Shown piece after piece: positions 27,848 through 36,380 of a DNA stretch of 64,000 nt (its first letter is position 1; every line of letters starts with the position of its first letter). The stretch comes from an uncultured Trueperaceae bacterium. Lineage in GTDB: Bacteria; Deinococcota; Deinococci; Deinococcales; Trueperaceae. The notes under the pieces are model-generated. The model did not search any database. It saw nothing but the letters and a program-made list of their open reading frames with translations, and was not told the origin of the DNA. The DNA lies in contig CAWFFU010000003.1 of assembly GCA_963815215.1 (NCBI GenBank), positions 960,001-1,024,000 on the forward strand, read 5' to 3'. The position numbers were made by a program, and so were the translations under genes.

Positions 27848-29428
27848 ATGCGACCGAGCTGGGTCAGCACCGCTCTAGGCGTCACCGCTTCGGCCTTCCT
27901 GGCGCTGTTCTTCCTGTTGCCGCTGGTCACCATCCTCGCCCGAAGCGCGGGCGACGGGAGCGCGCTGGCCAGCGTGGCATCGAATCCCTACTACTGGCAG
28001 CGCCTGGGCTTCACCACCGGCGAGGCGCTGCTGTCCACAGCGTTGACGGTGGCACTGGGGCTCCCGGGCGCGCTGCTGTTCGCGCGCTTCGACTTCACCG
28101 GCAAGCGCCTGTTGACGGCTGCCTTCACCATCCCCTTCGTCATGCCGACGGTGGTCGCCGGCATCGGCTTCCTCGCCCTGTTCGGACCGCGCGGCCTGAC
28201 CGGCATCGATCTGCGTGGGACGCTGCTGCTGGTGCTGCTCGCTCACGTGTTCTACAACTACGCCATCGTGGTCCGGGTCGTCGGCGGCTTCCTCGAGGGT
28301 GCGGCCCCGCGCCTGCTGGAAGCGGCGAGCACGCTGGGGGCCGGGGCGTGGCGCGGGACGCTGCGCGTCAGCCTGCCGCTGGCCCGGCCGGCGCTGCTGG
28401 CGGCGGCCACGCTGGTGTTCCTGTTCTGCTTCACCAGCTTCGGCGTCATCCTCATCCTGGCGCCGTCGCCCCGGCTCGCCACCCTCGAGGTGGAGATCTA
28501 CCAGCTCACCGCGCACCTGCTCGAGCTGGGTCCGGCGGCCGTGCTGGTCGTTGCTCAGCTCGTGGTGGTCGGCGCCATCACGCTGCTCTACACGCGCATG
28601 CAGGCGCGCGTTGCGGTGGCGCTGCCGGCACGCGCCCAGACGTTGCCCCGGCCGCGGGGCGCCGGCCGTTGGCTGCTCATCGTGAACCTGCTGGTGGCCG
28701 GCGTCCTGATCCTCGCCCCCCTCGTCGCCCTGGCGGTGCAGGCGCTGCAAGGGGCGAACGGGACCTTCCCATCGCTCGACAACCTGCTGGGCGCAGCCCG
28801 TAGCAGCAGCGTGCTGGGCTTCGCCACGCTCGGCACCGCGCTGCGCAACTCGCTGGCGTTCGCCACTGCCAGCACGGTCCTGGCCCTCGGCATCGGGTTC
28901 GCCTTCGCCTACGCCGTCGCACGCGGGCGCTGGCACGCCCTCGACCAGCTCAGCCTGCTGCCGCTGGCCACCAGCCCGGTGACGCTGGGCTTCGGCTACC
29001 TGCTGGCGTTCCCGTTGCTGGTCACCCACCCCTGGGGCATCCCCATCGCGCACGCCCTGATCGCGTTCCCGTTCGTGGCGCGCTCGCTGCTCCCGGCGTT
29101 GCGCGGCCTCGATCCGGCGCTGGCCGCCGCCGCCGCCACGCTGGGCGCGGGGCCGGCACGCATCCTGCGCCGCGTCGAGCTGCCACAGCTCGGTCCCGCC
29201 CTGCTCACGGCCGCCAGCTTCGCCTTCGCCGTGTCGATGGGCGAGTTCGGCGCCACCCTGCTGCTGGTACGCCCGGAGTACGCCACTCTTCCGATCGCCA
29301 TCTACAACCGGTTGGGGCGGCCGGGCCCACAGCACTACGGCGCCGCCCTGGCCCTGGCCCTGGTGCTGATGCTGGTCACCGGCGCGGTCATGATGCTCCT
29401 TCAGCGACGCGGCCGGAGCGAGTTCTGA
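27848..29428 (+). CDS. thiP: Thiamine/iron ABC transporter permease (two EAA repeats)
   Basis: PFVMP, AHVFYN, EAASTLGA, SMGEFGA. Confidence 0.9.
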   Translation: MRPSWVSTALGVTASAFLALFFLLPLVTILARSAGDGSALASVASNPYYWQRLGFTTGEALLSTALTVALGLPGALLFARFDFTGKRLLTAAFTIPFVMPTVVAGIGFLALFGPRGLTGIDLRGTLLLVLLAHVFYNYAIVVRVVGGFLEGAAPRLLEAASTLGAGAWRGTLRVSLPLARPALLAAATLVFLFCFTSFGVILILAPSPRLATLEVEIYQLTAHLLELGPAAVLVVAQLVVVGAITLLYTRMQARVAVALPARAQTLPRPRGAGRWLLIVNLLVAGVLILAPLVALAVQALQGANGTFPSLDNLLGAARSSSVLGFATLGTALRNSLAFATASTVLALGIGFAFAYAVARGRWHALDQLSLLPLATSPVTLGFGYLLAFPLLVTHPWGIPIAHALIAFPFVARSLLPALRGLDPALAAAAATLGAGPARILRRVELPQLGPALLTAASFAFAVSMGEFGATLLLVRPEYATLPIAIYNRLGRPGPQHYGAALALALVLMLVTGAVMMLLQRRGRSEF

Positions 29429-29481
29429 CGGGGCCCCGGGGCGGACCGCCACGGCCACGGCGGTATGATGCGTCGCGTCCC

Positions 29482-30522
29482 ATGAGCCTCCTTCTGAGCG
29501 AGCTCCAGAAGCACTACGGCGCCACCCGTGCCGTGGACGGCGTCAGCCTGGAGCTCGGCGAGCGGGAGACCCTGGCGCTGCTGGGGCCGAGTGGGTGCGG
29601 CAAGAGCACGCTGCTGAGGCTGGTGGCGGGGCTCGAGCCGCCCGACGCCGGACGCATCGTCCTGGACGGTGAGGACATCACGTCCCTCCCTCCGCAGCGT
29701 CGCCGCTTCGGCATGGTGTTCCAGGACTACGCCCTGTTCCCCCATCTGAACGTGGAGCGCAACGTGGCGTTCGGCCTGGTGGAGCTGCGTTGGAGCCAGG
29801 ACGATCAGCGCGCGCGAGTCGCGGAGCTGCTCGACCTGGTCGGCCTGTCCGGATTGCAGGACCGCCGCGTGCAACAGCTCTCGGGCGGCCAGCAGCAGCG
29901 GGTGGCGCTGGCGCGAGCGCTGGCGCCGCGGCCCGAGGTGCTGCTGCTCGACGAGCCGCTGTCCAACCTCGACCAGAGCCTGCGCGAGTCCCTCAAGGAG
30001 GAGCTCCGGAACCTCCTGGCGCGCCTGCCCGTGCGCGCCATCTACGTCACCCACGATCAGTCCGAGGCCTTCGCGATCGCCGGTCGGGTGGCCATCATGC
30101 GCGACGGCCGCATCGCCCAGGTGGGCACCCGCGAAGAGGTACTGGAACGGCCACGCAGCGCCTGGTCGGCGCGCTTCCTGGGACACCGCAACCTCTACGA
30201 TGGGGCCGCTCTGACCGCGGTACCCGGTGCCCCGGCCGCCGCCGATCCCGTCCTGCTGCGCGCGGATATGGTGACGTTGCTGGCGCCCGCAGCAGCGGAC
30301 GCCGCGACCGACGCCGGCGGCGGCGCGACCGTGGCCGGCGCCACGATCCGCCGTGCCCGCCGCGACGGGCTGCGCTGGCAGCTCGAGCTCGACGTGCCCT
30401 CCTGGTCGCTCGAGCTCGCCTGGGAGGGGTTCGCGCGGGAGCTGCGCGAGGCCCCCCGCGAAGGCGCTGCTCTGCGGGTGCGGGTACCGACGGCGGCATG
30501 GGTGAGGCTGGCGGAGCGATGA
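29482..30522 (+). CDS. thiQ: ABC transporter ATP-binding protein
   Basis: [26 protein letters not shown]; cluster context. Confidence 0.88.
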   Translation: MSLLLSELQKHYGATRAVDGVSLELGERETLALLGPSGCGKSTLLRLVAGLEPPDAGRIVLDGEDITSLPPQRRRFGMVFQDYALFPHLNVERNVAFGLVELRWSQDDQRARVAELLDLVGLSGLQDRRVQQLSGGQQQRVALARALAPRPEVLLLDEPLSNLDQSLRESLKEELRNLLARLPVRAIYVTHDQSEAFAIAGRVAIMRDGRIAQVGTREEVLERPRSAWSARFLGHRNLYDGAALTAVPGAPAAADPVLLRADMVTLLAPAAADAATDAGGGATVAGATIRRARRDGLRWQLELDVPSWSLELAWEGFARELREAPREGAALRVRVPTAAWVRLAER

Positions 30523-31205
30523 GCGGCGGCCCGGGAACGACGGATCCGGTTGCGGCGCGGCGGGTAGCGGCGGTGCTGGCGGGCGGGCCGGCACAGGCCG
30601 ACGCGCGTCTGCGGAGCGCGCTGCACGAGGCCGACCTGATCGTGGCCGCCGACGGCGGCATGGTCCTGGCCGAGGAGCTGGGCGTCCACGTCGACCTATG
30701 GGTGGGCGACTTCGACAGCGCCACGCCCGAGCAGCGGCGCCGCCACGCCGAGGTGGCCAGGCTCGAGTACCCCAGGGACAAGGACGAGCTCGACCTGGAG
30801 CTGGCCATCGCCGTGGCGCAGGAGCGCGGCGCCACCGAACTGATCCTGGCTGGCGTCTTCGACGGCCGCCTGGATCAGACGCTGGCCGCGCTCCTGATCG
30901 CCGCCCGCCTGCGCGAGGACGGCCTGCGCGTCCACCTGTACGGCGGCGTGCACGAAGCCCGGCTGCTGACCGCCGGGGACGAGTCGGCGCTGGAACTTCC
31001 GAAGGGCACCCTGTTCAGCCTGCTCAGCTTGTGCGGCGAGGCCCGTGTCGACCTACGTGGTGCCCGCTTTCCGCTCGAGGACGCTGCGCTCCCGTTCGGG
31101 GTCGGGCTGGGACTGTCGAACCGGGCGGAGGACGGCACGACCGTGACGGTACACTCGGGGACGGTGGCCGTCATCGTCGAGTGGGGCGAGGAGGCATCGG
31201 CATGA
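30519..31205 (+). CDS. thiN: Thiamine pyrophosphokinase
   Basis: AADGG, VGDFDS, KDELDLE, GRLDQ, GLSN. Confidence 0.9.
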   Translation: MSGGPGTTDPVAARRVAAVLAGGPAQADARLRSALHEADLIVAADGGMVLAEELGVHVDLWVGDFDSATPEQRRRHAEVARLEYPRDKDELDLELAIAVAQERGATELILAGVFDGRLDQTLAALLIAARLREDGLRVHLYGGVHEARLLTAGDESALELPKGTLFSLLSLCGEARVDLRGARFPLEDAALPFGVGLGLSNRAEDGTTVTVHSGTVAVIVEWGEEASA

Positions 31206-31585
31206 GCGACGACGAGCACGAGATCTCGGCCCGCGCGCGCATCTGGGGCAAAGACGCCGCGGCCATCGAGGCCAAGCTGGTCGAGGCCGACCCCGACCTG
31301 GCGGCGTTGATCATGCGGGTGGCCTACGACGAGGTGTTCGAGCGCCCGCAGCTCGATCTGCGCACCCGCGAGTTGCTGGCGGTGGCGCTGCTCAGCGCGC
31401 TCGGGGCCGAACGGGAGCTGCCCACCCACCTGCGGGGCGCGCTCCGCTGCGGGGCCAGCGTGGCCGAGGTGCGCGAGACCGTCCTGCAAGTGGCCATGTT
31501 CGCCGGCTTCCCCCGTGCGCTGGCAGCGATGCGGGTGCTGGCGCGGCACCTGGGCGACGCCGAGGACGCGGACGCGTCCGGCTAG
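31202..31585 (+). CDS. Carboxymuconolactone decarboxylase (CMD) family protein
   Basis: RPQLDLRTRELLAVA, H..GAL..G, AGFPRA. Confidence 0.88.
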   Translation: MSDDEHEISARARIWGKDAAAIEAKLVEADPDLAALIMRVAYDEVFERPQLDLRTRELLAVALLSALGAERELPTHLRGALRCGASVAEVRETVLQVAMFAGFPRALAAMRVLARHLGDAEDADASG

Positions 31586-31589
31586 CGTG

Positions 31590-31752
31590 CGGCCACGACG
31601 CCGTCCACCGGGTCCGACACCTGCTCGCGGACGCCGATGAGGGGAGAGCGATGACCGACCACAACCTGCAACTGGCGCGCCGCCACTACGGGCTGGACAC
31701 CCTGCGGCAGGTCACCGCCGAAGCCCTGTCACAATTGGGGGTCTCGCCGTGA
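31590..31752 (+). pseudogene. C-terminal remnant of a GT4 glycosyltransferase (MggS-like)
   Basis: Manual translation DAVHRVRHLLADADEGRAMTDHNLQLARRHYGLDTLRQVTAEALSQLGVSP*; TGA overlaps the GTG of the phosphorylase. Confidence 0.55.
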
Positions 31753-33461
31753 CCCCCGTTCCGCTGGCAGCGGCCGCGCATCGCCACCTCCGAACGCTCT
31801 ACGGCGAGGAGCGCGGCACCGCCTTGGCCGGCCTGCTCGAAGACGAGGCCGCCACCTTCCGCGCCGCCCATCCTCGCCCAGGCACGCCGCCCGAGGCGCG
31901 ACTGAGCGAGGACGACGTGCTCCTGATCGCCTACCCCGACCAGGTACGCGCCGCCGGAGAGCCTCCGCTGCGTAGCCTCGGCCGGCTGCTGGGCGGCCCC
32001 CTGGCCGGCACCGTGTCGGGGGTTCACCTGCTCCCGTTCTGCCCGTCATCGTCCGACGACGGTTTCAGCGTTGTCGACTACCGCGCCGTCGACCGGGATC
32101 ACGGCGACTGGGACGACATCGCTGCGCTGGCACGCGACCACCGGCTGATGTTCGACGCCGTCGTCAACCACGTCTCGGCACGCAGCGCCTACCTGCGGGG
32201 GTTCCTGGCGGACGATCCACGCTACGCAGGCTTCTTCCTGGAACTCACGCCGGGGATGGACCTGAGCACCGTGGTGCGACCCCGCACCACGCCGCTGGCC
32301 ACCGCCTTCCACGACGCGAGCGGACGGCGTCGGGACCTGTGGACCACCTTCAGCGCCGACCAGGTCGATCTGGACTACCACACACCCGAGGTGCTGCTGG
32401 AGGTCGCGCGGGTGCTGCTGAACTATGTGGCACGCGGTGCTCAGCTGCTGCGACTCGACGCCGTGACCTACCTCTGGAAGGAGTCGGGCACGTCGTGCGC
32501 AAGCCTCCCGCAGACGCACGCCGTGCTCAAGATCCTGCGCGCCGTGCTGGAGGTCGCCGCCCCCTGGGTGGTGGTGCTGACCGAGACGAACGTTCCCCAC
32601 CGCGAGAACATCGACTACTTCGGCGACGGCCACGACGAGGCGCAGATGGTCTACAACTTCGCGCTGCCGCCGCTCGTCCTGCACAGCGTGCTGTCCGGCG
32701 ACGCCACAGCGTTACGGAGCTGGGCGGCGGGGCTGACGACGCCGTCCGATGCGACCTGCTTCTTCAACTTCCTGGCCTCGCATGATGGCATCGGTCTCCG
32801 TGCCGTCGAGGGGATCCTGGACGATGCGGCGGTGGACGCCATGGTCGAGGCGACGCTGGAGCGCGGGGGCCACGTGTCGAGCCGCACCACCGCGGACGGC
32901 GAGCGGCCCTACGAGCTCAACGTCAACCTCTTCGACGTTCTCACGCCCCCGGAGGAACCGCTCGACGCCGGCGTGCGGCGCTTCGCCACCGCGCACGCCG
33001 TCATGCTCGCACTCGCCGGCGTGCCCGCGCTGTACGCCCACAGCCTGCTCGGATCGCGCGGCGCCCCCGGCGAGGTCGCGCGCACCGGCCGGGCGCGCAG
33101 CATCAACCGCGAGAAGCTCGATCTGGACCGGCTCGTCGCCGAGCTCGACGACGGACCGGGGCGCCGCGCCCGCGTGCTGGCGGCCCTACGCGGGCTGCTC
33201 GAGGTCCGGCGTCACCACCCGGCCTTCTCGCCCCAGGCCGGTCAGGCGATCCTGCCGACCGAGGGAGGCGTCTTCGGCGTGCGCCGCGAGGCGGCAGGCC
33301 GCAGCGTGTGGTGCCTGCACAACCTCTCCGACCACGCCGTCGCGGTGCCGCCGCGCGCCCGGCCCCGGCGCGGTCGGGACCTTCTCGGCGGCCGTGAGCT
33401 CGAGCCTTCCGACGAGCTCTCCCTGGAGCCCCTCGAGACGCTGTGGCTGGAGTCGAGCTAG
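31749..33461 (+). CDS. GH13_18 sugar phosphorylase, probably glucosylglycerate phosphorylase
   Basis: RLDAV nucleophile, TETNVPH, NFLASHDGIG, PYELN loop. Confidence 0.88.
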   Translation: MTPVPLAAAAHRHLRTLYGEERGTALAGLLEDEAATFRAAHPRPGTPPEARLSEDDVLLIAYPDQVRAAGEPPLRSLGRLLGGPLAGTVSGVHLLPFCPSSSDDGFSVVDYRAVDRDHGDWDDIAALARDHRLMFDAVVNHVSARSAYLRGFLADDPRYAGFFLELTPGMDLSTVVRPRTTPLATAFHDASGRRRDLWTTFSADQVDLDYHTPEVLLEVARVLLNYVARGAQLLRLDAVTYLWKESGTSCASLPQTHAVLKILRAVLEVAAPWVVVLTETNVPHRENIDYFGDGHDEAQMVYNFALPPLVLHSVLSGDATALRSWAAGLTTPSDATCFFNFLASHDGIGLRAVEGILDDAAVDAMVEATLERGGHVSSRTTADGERPYELNVNLFDVLTPPEEPLDAGVRRFATAHAVMLALAGVPALYAHSLLGSRGAPGEVARTGRARSINREKLDLDRLVAELDDGPGRRARVLAALRGLLEVRRHHPAFSPQAGQAILPTEGGVFGVRREAAGRSVWCLHNLSDHAVAVPPRARPRRGRDLLGGRELEPSDELSLEPLETLWLESS

Positions 33462-33599
33462 GCGTTGCCGGCCGGCCGATCGAGAGCGCCGTGCACGGCG
33501 CGGCGCCGCAGCGAGCTCCGAGGCCGGTGTCATGCGACGGCGGACAACGCCGCGAGCACGGCGCTCCATCTGCTTCAATGGAGACGAAGGAGCGCCTCC

Positions 33600-34808
33600 A
33601 TGAGTAGTGAACGCCGTCTTCACTTCGCGACGCGCGCGGTCCACGAGGGTCAGCATCCGGACCCCGGCACCGGCGCGCATGCAACCCCCATCTACCAGAC
33701 GTCCACCTTCAGCTACGGAAGCTACGCCCGCGGCGCGGCGCTGTTCGCCGGCGACGCCGAGGGCTACGTCTACAGCCGGATCGGCAACCCCACCACGCGT
33801 GCGTTCGAGGAGAAGCTCGCGTCGCTCGAAGGCACCGAGGACGCGGTCGCCTTCGCGTCCGGCATGGGCGCCATCAGCGCCCTGCTGCTCACCACGCTGC
33901 GCCCGGGCGACGAGGTGCTCACGCTCGGTCCGCTCTACGGCGGCACGGAGGGCCTGCTACGGGACCTGCTCGTGCCCTACGGCATCCGTCACCGCGACCT
34001 CGACGACGCCGACCTGGCTGACGCCATCGGTCCGGCGACCCGCATGATCTACCTCGAGACCCCGACCAATCCCACGCTCGGGCTGCACGATCTCGGCCAC
34101 GTCTCCGCCATGGCCCGGGGCAAGGGGATCCTCACCGTCGCCGACAACACCTTCAGCACGCCCTACCTGACACGCCCGGTCGAGCACGGCATCGACGTGG
34201 TGGTCCACTCCGCCACCAAGTACCTGAGCGGCCACGGCGATGTCGTCGCCGGGGTCGTCGCCGGACCCTCGGAACTGATGGCGGAGCTTCGCAGCCACGG
34301 GCTGCGCCATGTGGGCGCCGCCCTCGGCCCGTTCGAGAGCTTCCTGCTGCTGCGCGGCTGCAAGACGCTGGCGGTCCGCATGGAGCGCCACTGCGACAAC
34401 GCCGAGAGGGTGGCGCGCGGCGTGGAGGGCCACCCGGCGGTGGCCGCGGTGCACTTCCCCGGCCTCGAGCACCACCCCCGTCATGCGCTGGCCGCCCGCC
34501 AGATGGCGCGACCCGGGGGCATGCTGGCGCTCGAGCTCCGTGGCGGGACCGCTGCGGCCGAGCGCTTCCTCGACACCCTCACCCTCTTCGTCCAGGCGGT
34601 CTCGCTGGGGGACGTGGAGTCCCTCGCCACCCACCCGGCGAGCACCACCCACCAGCTCCTGGCGCCGGAGGCGCGGGCGCGCCACGGCATCACCGACGGC
34701 CTCGTGCGCTTGTCGATCGGCATCGAGGACGGCGACGACCTGCTCGAAGACGTGTTGCACGCCCTGGACGCCGTCGCCAAGGACGTCGCGGCGACCGTCG
34801 ACGCCTGA
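33600..34808 (+). CDS. PLP-dependent Cys/Met metabolism enzyme (methionine gamma-lyase / cystathionine lyase family)
   Basis: YSRIGNPT, ASGMGAI, ETPTNP, HSATKYLSGH, VSLG, RLSIGIE; LYGGT rather than the MGL-typical LYGCT. Confidence 0.9.
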   Translation: MSSERRLHFATRAVHEGQHPDPGTGAHATPIYQTSTFSYGSYARGAALFAGDAEGYVYSRIGNPTTRAFEEKLASLEGTEDAVAFASGMGAISALLLTTLRPGDEVLTLGPLYGGTEGLLRDLLVPYGIRHRDLDDADLADAIGPATRMIYLETPTNPTLGLHDLGHVSAMARGKGILTVADNTFSTPYLTRPVEHGIDVVVHSATKYLSGHGDVVAGVVAGPSELMAELRSHGLRHVGAALGPFESFLLLRGCKTLAVRMERHCDNAERVARGVEGHPAVAAVHFPGLEHHPRHALAARQMARPGGMLALELRGGTAAAERFLDTLTLFVQAVSLGDVESLATHPASTTHQLLAPEARARHGITDGLVRLSIGIEDGDDLLEDVLHALDAVAKDVAATVDA

Positions 34809-34846
34809 GCCCTCGGCGCGGCGTCGTGCGCCCACCGCTTCCCGGA

Positions 34847-35146
34847 TCAGACCGTCAGGACGGCGTTCTCCGTGCCCATGACGTTGCCCACCAGGCCGTC
34901 GGGGCGCTCGTCGTTGCGGTAGTCGACCGCTCCGTCCTTCAACAGCCGGTAGCGGTACTGATAGCTGCGGCCCGGCTCGAGCTCCTGAACGAGCTTCCAG
35001 CGCCCGTTCTTGAGGCGCCCGAAGGCCACGGGTCGCCAGTCGGTGAAATCGGCGACGAGCTGGACCTCGTCGGCAGCGACATCGGCGGCGACCTCGAAGG
35101 TCACCTTGGCCACGTTGCGTGTCTTCACGAACTGCTTCTTGACCAT
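34847..35146 (-). CDS. Isoamylase early-set / CBM48-like small protein
   Basis: KVTF, LVADFTDW, YQYRY, NVMGTENAVL. Confidence 0.82.
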   Translation of the reverse strand: MVKKQFVKTRNVAKVTFEVAADVAADEVQLVADFTDWRPVAFGRLKNGRWKLVQELEPGRSYQYRYRLLKDGAVDYRNDERPDGLVGNVMGTENAVLTV

Positions 35147-35319
35147 GGGAGGTCCTTCCCGGGGACCGGCCCCGCGGGCGTAGCGCACGCCCCCACCCGC
35201 CGGGCGGCAGGCCCGGGGACGGTTCGAGGAAGTCTAGGGTCCCTGTCCGCCAAGGTCAAGCGCCTGCCGCCACGTTTCGCGCCGGACGCTCGTGGGCTAG
35301 CCTGGACGCAGGAGGCGAT

Positions 35320-35754
35320 GTGGCTCAGCTCAGCGACGGCGAGATCACGGAGCACTACGTAGTGGCGGTAGCGGCGGCCGTCTTCCGAGACGGGCGGGTG
35401 CTGGCCATGCGCCGCTCCGCCACCCGCCAGGCCGGTCCCGGCCTGTGGGAGACCCTCTCGGGCCGCCTGCGCCTGGACGAGGATCCCGTGGCGGCGGTGG
35501 CGCGCGAGATCACCGAGGAGTGCGGCCTGCGGGTGCGCGTGCACCCGCGGCCCGTCACCGCCTATCAGGCGCGCCGCGCCGGCGAGCCCATGGTGGTGGT
35601 GGTCTACCGAGCGGACGCCGAACCGGGCGAAGTGGTGCGCACCGACGAGCACGACGATCACGCATGGCTGACGCCGGAGGCGTTCGCATCCGTCACCACG
35701 CTGGCTCCGCTGGCGCAGGCGGTATCCGCCGCGGCGGCGCTGACGGAGGGCTGA
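35320..35754 (+). CDS. NUDIX hydrolase
   Basis: G-x5-E-x7-REITEECG Nudix box; AGGAGG RBS. Confidence 0.88.
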   Translation: MAQLSDGEITEHYVVAVAAAVFRDGRVLAMRRSATRQAGPGLWETLSGRLRLDEDPVAAVAREITEECGLRVRVHPRPVTAYQARRAGEPMVVVVYRADAEPGEVVRTDEHDDHAWLTPEAFASVTTLAPLAQAVSAAAALTEG

Positions 35755-35763
35755 GTCCCGCCC

Positions 35764-36153
35764 ATGACGCGCGTCGAGGCGACCGAACGTCTGAGCGAGC
35801 TGGCGTTGCCTCCCGGAGGTTACGTCGTCCACGGCAGCGGCGCGCTGCTGCTCCGGGGCCTGATCGACCGCACCCGCGACCTGGACGTGCTGGCACGCGG
35901 CGACGCCTGGCAGGCCGCCTGCCGGCTGGCGGCGCCTCAGCGCGGCCTGAACGACCCGGTGGTCCGACCCGCGCCCGACCTCGAGATCTGGGGTGGCTGG
36001 CTGGGAGACGACGTCGACGCCCTGATCGACGGTGCCGAGCTGGTGGACGGTTGGCCCTGTGTCGAGCTGCGCGCGCTACTCGCCTTCAAGGAGCGCCTCG
36101 ACCGGCCCCAGGATCGCGAGCACATCGCGCTCTTGCGCGCCATGCTGGGCTGA
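35764..36153 (+). CDS. Hypothetical protein, nucleotidyltransferase-like fold
   Basis: GSGAL..RG...TRDLD and K...RPQD motifs. Confidence 0.7.
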   Translation: MTRVEATERLSELALPPGGYVVHGSGALLLRGLIDRTRDLDVLARGDAWQAACRLAAPQRGLNDPVVRPAPDLEIWGGWLGDDVDALIDGAELVDGWPCVELRALLAFKERLDRPQDREHIALLRAMLG

Positions 36154-36212
36154 CCCGTCGTCCCGGGCGCGGCCGTCCGCAGCCGGGCCGGCGCGTCCCG
36201 GCGCCCCCGCCG

Positions 36213-36241
36213 TTGACACGCCCGCGGACGCCTGCTAGATT
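36213..36241 (+). promoter_or_regulatory. Sigma70 promoter of the aspS leader
   Basis: TTGACA-N17-TAGATT. Confidence 0.75.
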
Positions 36242-36251
36242 ACCGCCCAAG

Positions 36252-36314
36252 ATGGGTGCGCCCCGGAACCTTATGGTTGACGACAATTTCCCCGCGAGGT
36301 GGCTCGGGGCGTAG
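36252..36314 (+). CDS. Putative Asp/Asn-sensing attenuator leader peptide
   Basis: MGAPRNLMVDDNFPARWLGA*; AAC and GAC-GAC-AAT codons; overlaps the antiterminator strand. Confidence 0.6.
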   Translation: MGAPRNLMVDDNFPARWLGA

Positions 36315-36334
36315 GCCGCGGTTCGGCCCTTTGG

Positions 36335-36367
36335 ACACCCCGAGGTTCCCCTCGGGGTGTTTTTCTT
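36335..36367 (+). terminator. Intrinsic terminator (attenuator) upstream of aspS
   Basis: acaccccgagg-ttcc-cctcggggtgt followed by TTTTCTT, 14 nt before the aspS ATG. Confidence 0.85.
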
Positions 36368-36380
36368 GGAGGAGCGTAGG

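Noticed and set aside
36245..36370. T-box riboswitch before aspS
   Set aside because: Leader is short, and GGTGG is not followed by the NACC of the T-box bulge; no Stem I motifs seen
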